64,000 nucleotides of DNA from an uncultured beta proteobacterium (GTDB lineage Bacteria; Pseudomonadota; Gammaproteobacteria; Burkholderiales; Burkholderiaceae_C): contig CAVPUD010000060.1 of NCBI GenBank assembly GCA_963708545.1, forward strand, positions 3,844 through 67,843, given 5' to 3'. The notes beneath the pieces were generated by a model, which did no database searches, had not been told where the DNA came from, and saw nothing but the letters and a program-made list of their open reading frames with translations. The position numbers and the translations under genes are program-made. Numbering within the stretch: the first letter of the stretch is position 1; every line of letters starts with the position of its first letter. Positions 61,511 to 64,000 of the stretch are shown piece by piece.

Positions 61511-61824
61511 CCCTTGCTGCCCGCGCCAGAAATCTTTGTTGCAAACTGGGCCTCGATGTCCATCGCGCCGTGCACGATGCGCACGATACGCACCAGGCCC
61601 GCCTCCTCGTAGAAAACCACGAGATAGTTGCCATGAGCGCAGGAACGCATGCCCTTGCCGAGTTCCGGCCGCGGTTTATAGGCTTGGGGCGACTGGGTCA
61701 GCTTGCGGCACTGCGCGCGCAACTCGCGTACGAAGCTGGCCGCTCGGCGGGGGTTGTCCCTGGCGATGTAATCACCGATGGCCTCCAAGTCTTCAATGGC
61801 CCGGGGCAAAAATTCCAGCCGCAT
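61507..61824 (-). CDS. ParE/RelE-family toxin
   Basis: AIEDLEAIGDYIARDNPRRA, RPELGKGMRS, YLVVFYE, IVRIVHGAMDI. Confidence 0.92.
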   Translation of the reverse strand: MRLEFLPRAIEDLEAIGDYIARDNPRRAASFVRELRAQCRKLTQSPQAYKPRPELGKGMRSCAHGNYLVVFYEEAGLVRIVRIVHGAMDIEAQFATKISGAGSKG

Positions 61825-62087
61825 CAGACTGCTTTCTCAGCCATCGCGAGATACTTCGCTTCGAGGCGATCAAACACCTCCTCTTCCGAAAGACAAGGCC
61901 CGCTCGCCAAACCCACCGCAACGGCCTCGCGCAAGGCCTGCAGCTTGGCGACCTGTTCGGCCTCGCGCTCTTCGAGCAGGCGCAGCCCGGCACGCACCAC
62001 CTCGCTGACGTTGTTGAAGCGGCCTGATTCGACCTGCTGCCGGACAAAGGCTTCGAAATGGGGGCTGAGCGCCACACTGGTAGGCAT
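61824..62087 (-). CDS. ParD-family (RHH) antitoxin
   Basis: VRQQVESGRFNNVSEVVRAGLRLLEERE; TGATG overlap with parE. Confidence 0.92.
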   Translation of the reverse strand: MPTSVALSPHFEAFVRQQVESGRFNNVSEVVRAGLRLLEEREAEQVAKLQALREAVAVGLASGPCLSEEEVFDRLEAKYLAMAEKAV

Positions 62088-62104
62088 CGCTGTTTCTCCT
62101 GCAA

Positions 62105-62123
62105 TTTAATAACCATTATTAAA
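62105..62123. promoter_or_regulatory. Perfect inverted repeat upstream of parD (putative operator)
   Basis: TTTAATAA-CCA-TTATTAAA, 17 bp upstream of the parD start. Confidence 0.65.
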
Positions 62124-62238
62124 GGCAGTCCTCTGGCCGCTTGTCAAGATACTGCGCTTTGCCTCGCGCTCGCAGCATCCGCGCTCTGCCACCCTGCGCT
62201 GGGCCGTCGTGCCCTTGTCGTGCCCTACAGTGCGCCCC

Positions 62239-63051
62239 ATGCCCGACAAGACCAAGCCCATTTCGGCGACCACAGGCCAAGTCCCCGCCATGCTGCTCGC
62301 CGCAGGCCGCGGCGAGCGCATGCGCCCTTTGACCGACCACACGCCCAAGCCCCTGCTGCGCGTGCAGGGGCGCCCGCTGCTCGAATGGCACCTGCGCGCG
62401 CTCGCCGCGGCGGGCGTCACGCGGGCCGTCATCAACACCGCCTGGCTGGGGGAGCAGATCAGCGCGTATTTTTCAGATCATTTTGCCATCCAAGGCAATA
62501 CTGACGGTCGCAAGCAGCTATCGATTTCATACTCACACGAGGGCCGCGACTTCGGCGCCGCGCTCGAAACGGCGGGTGGCATCGCGCGCGCGCTGCCGCT
62601 GCTGGGGCCGGTGTTCTGGCTCGCGGCGGGCGACGTGTTCGCGCCCGACATCGCCTTTGCCGCCGCCGAGGTGCAGCGCTTTGCCGCGAGCGACTACCTG
62701 GCGCACCTGTGGCTGGTGCCCAACCCTGCGCACCATCCGCGCGGCGACTTCGGCCTCTCGCCCGAGGGCCTTGCGCGCAACCTGCCGCCGCAAGACCCCG
62801 CGCCGTGCTACACCTACAGCACCATCGCCCTGCTGCGCGCCGAGCTCTTCACGCCGCCCTGGTGCGACATCCCGCCCGGAAACCCCGCCGGCCTGGCCGC
62901 GCCCCTGGCCCCCCTGCTGCGCCGCGCCATGGACCAGCACCGCGTGAGCGCCGCGCTCTACACCGGCCGCTGGACCGACGTGGGCACGCCCGAGCGGCTC
63001 GCGGCGCTGAATGAGCTGGCTGACAGCGGCACCAAAACAGCGGCCCCATAG
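62239..63051 (+). CDS. murU: Nucleotidyltransferase (MurU-like N-acetylmuramate alpha-1-phosphate uridylyltransferase)
   Basis: AMLLAAGRGERMRPLTDHTPKPLL, LETAGGI, WTDVGTPERL. Confidence 0.85.
   Translation: MPDKTKPISATTGQVPAMLLAAGRGERMRPLTDHTPKPLLRVQGRPLLEWHLRALAAAGVTRAVINTAWLGEQISAYFSDHFAIQGNTDGRKQLSISYSHEGRDFGAALETAGGIARALPLLGPVFWLAAGDVFAPDIAFAAAEVQRFAASDYLAHLWLVPNPAHHPRGDFGLSPEGLARNLPPQDPAPCYTYSTIALLRAELFTPPWCDIPPGNPAGLAAPLAPLLRRAMDQHRVSAALYTGRWTDVGTPERLAALNELADSGTKTAAP
62480..62533 (+). repeat. 54-bp dispersed motif copy inside murU
   Basis: attttgcca-tccaaggcaatactga-cggtcgcaagc-a-gctat cgatttc atact. Confidence 0.8.
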
Positions 63052-63066
63052 GCCAGCCCAAAAAAT

Positions 63067-63954
63067 TCACTCCTCGATAGCCCGAGTCCCTCCGCATTTG
63101 GTCTGCGCATAACGGCTGCAACCCCAAAACGGTTTGCCTGCATTGGCGCCCCGTTGGGCCAAGCGCCGCACCATGGGACTGCCACACAGCGGGCAAACCG
63201 GCGCTGCCGCTGCCGCTGCCGCTGGCGCAGCAGCCACAGCCACAGCCGATGCGCTTGCCGTTTTTTCCTTGTTTGCGACTGCGGGCCGCACGGCATCGAT
63301 CATCTTCTGCAGCGCAGGGCCATCGATCAGTTCAATGTTCCGTCCTTTTGCAAAATTGCGCGCCGGGTCAGTGAAGGTGCCGGAAGTGACCACAAAGCCA
63401 CCGGCTGCCCCCTGCGCCGCCATCACGCCATACAACTCACGCACGACCTCGACGGACACCTGGTATGCCTTCCAGCGCTTGCATTGGACGAGGAAAGTTT
63501 CGCCGCCCCTGGTCAATTTCAGGTCCACACCGCCGTCGGCACCATTTCCGCCCAGCTCGGTCACGGCGTAGCCGCGCAGGCGGAAAGCCTCGCCCACGAG
63601 AAGCTCGAAGTCGCGCCAGCTCATGGTACGCAGCACCGCACCCGTGGCATCGTTCCCCGCCTTGGCAATCAACCCCTGTCGCTTGCGCCGGCCAAGGGCA
63701 GAGGCAGCTGCAGCCGCCAACAGGATGAATGGAACCAGATATTGCCCGCCCGAGGCCAGCCCTTTGATCACCATCGCGGACAGCATGTCTCCGCCCTTCT
63801 GCCCTGCCGAAAGCGTGGTTGGCACTTCCATCACCGCATACCGGTGCAACACCGCGTAGGCGATGACGGCCAACACCACGCCCACCCACCATGGCAAGGC
63901 TGCCGTCAAGTCGAACAAAGCCTCGCCCAAACCGCTGTTCTTTCTTCTCGCCAT
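63067..63954 (-). CDS. Mrr-like (type IV) restriction endonuclease with N-terminal TM helices and C-terminal topoisomerase-type zinc ribbon
   Basis: WRDFELLVGEAF, ADGGVDL, LVQCKRW (D..QxK), CPLCG...FWGCSRY. Confidence 0.88.
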   Translation of the reverse strand: MARRKNSGLGEALFDLTAALPWWVGVVLAVIAYAVLHRYAVMEVPTTLSAGQKGGDMLSAMVIKGLASGGQYLVPFILLAAAAASALGRRKRQGLIAKAGNDATGAVLRTMSWRDFELLVGEAFRLRGYAVTELGGNGADGGVDLKLTRGGETFLVQCKRWKAYQVSVEVVRELYGVMAAQGAAGGFVVTSGTFTDPARNFAKGRNIELIDGPALQKMIDAVRPAVANKEKTASASAVAVAAAPAAAAAAAPVCPLCGSPMVRRLAQRGANAGKPFWGCSRYAQTKCGGTRAIEE

Positions 63955-64000
63955 GTGCCTCTCCTTGCTGATCGTTTGATTTTTTCCACCTGCCGATAGG

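Noticed and set aside
63030-63118. Possible 54-bp motif at the murU/Mrr junction
   Set aside because: Only a half core (GATAGC) matches; spacing and other blocks do not fit in either orientation.

Overview
High-GC betaproteobacterial chromosome segment; gene order and sequence style point to Comamonadaceae (inference). It is mostly core housekeeping genes: purB, amt, mrdA-mreDCB, gatCAB, pyrE/xth, mpl, accBC-prmA, nrdAB, ampD-pilRS, ffh, ilvE, ychF, ssb, miaB, gap-tkt, murU. No rRNA, tRNA or CRISPR was seen. Structure not explained by these genes: (1) a degenerate, fixed-length 54-bp bipartite motif (WWWWnnGCC-N16-CAAGCGCAAGC-A-GCTAY-N7-RTAGY), with about 12 clear and several weak copies in both orientations; six lie fully inside genes as patches of rare codons, and the palindrome arms co-vary. 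(2) Four copies of a 237-bp non-autonomous MITE (18-bp TIR CCTAAATCCGGCAGTTGA, 5-bp NTNAN target duplications) that land at gene ends or starts, one nested in an IS30 remnant. (3) A triple 108-bp repeat in front of accC encoding three 30-aa mimics of the AccC N-terminus, each with two GNA-triloop hairpins. (4) A +1 frameshift in dsbC. (5) Two tail-to-tail toxin-antitoxin modules plus an Mrr-like nuclease. (6) An orphan MshEN-GspE ATPase and a His/Lys-rich tail on transketolase. All alignments were done by eye; no database searches were run.
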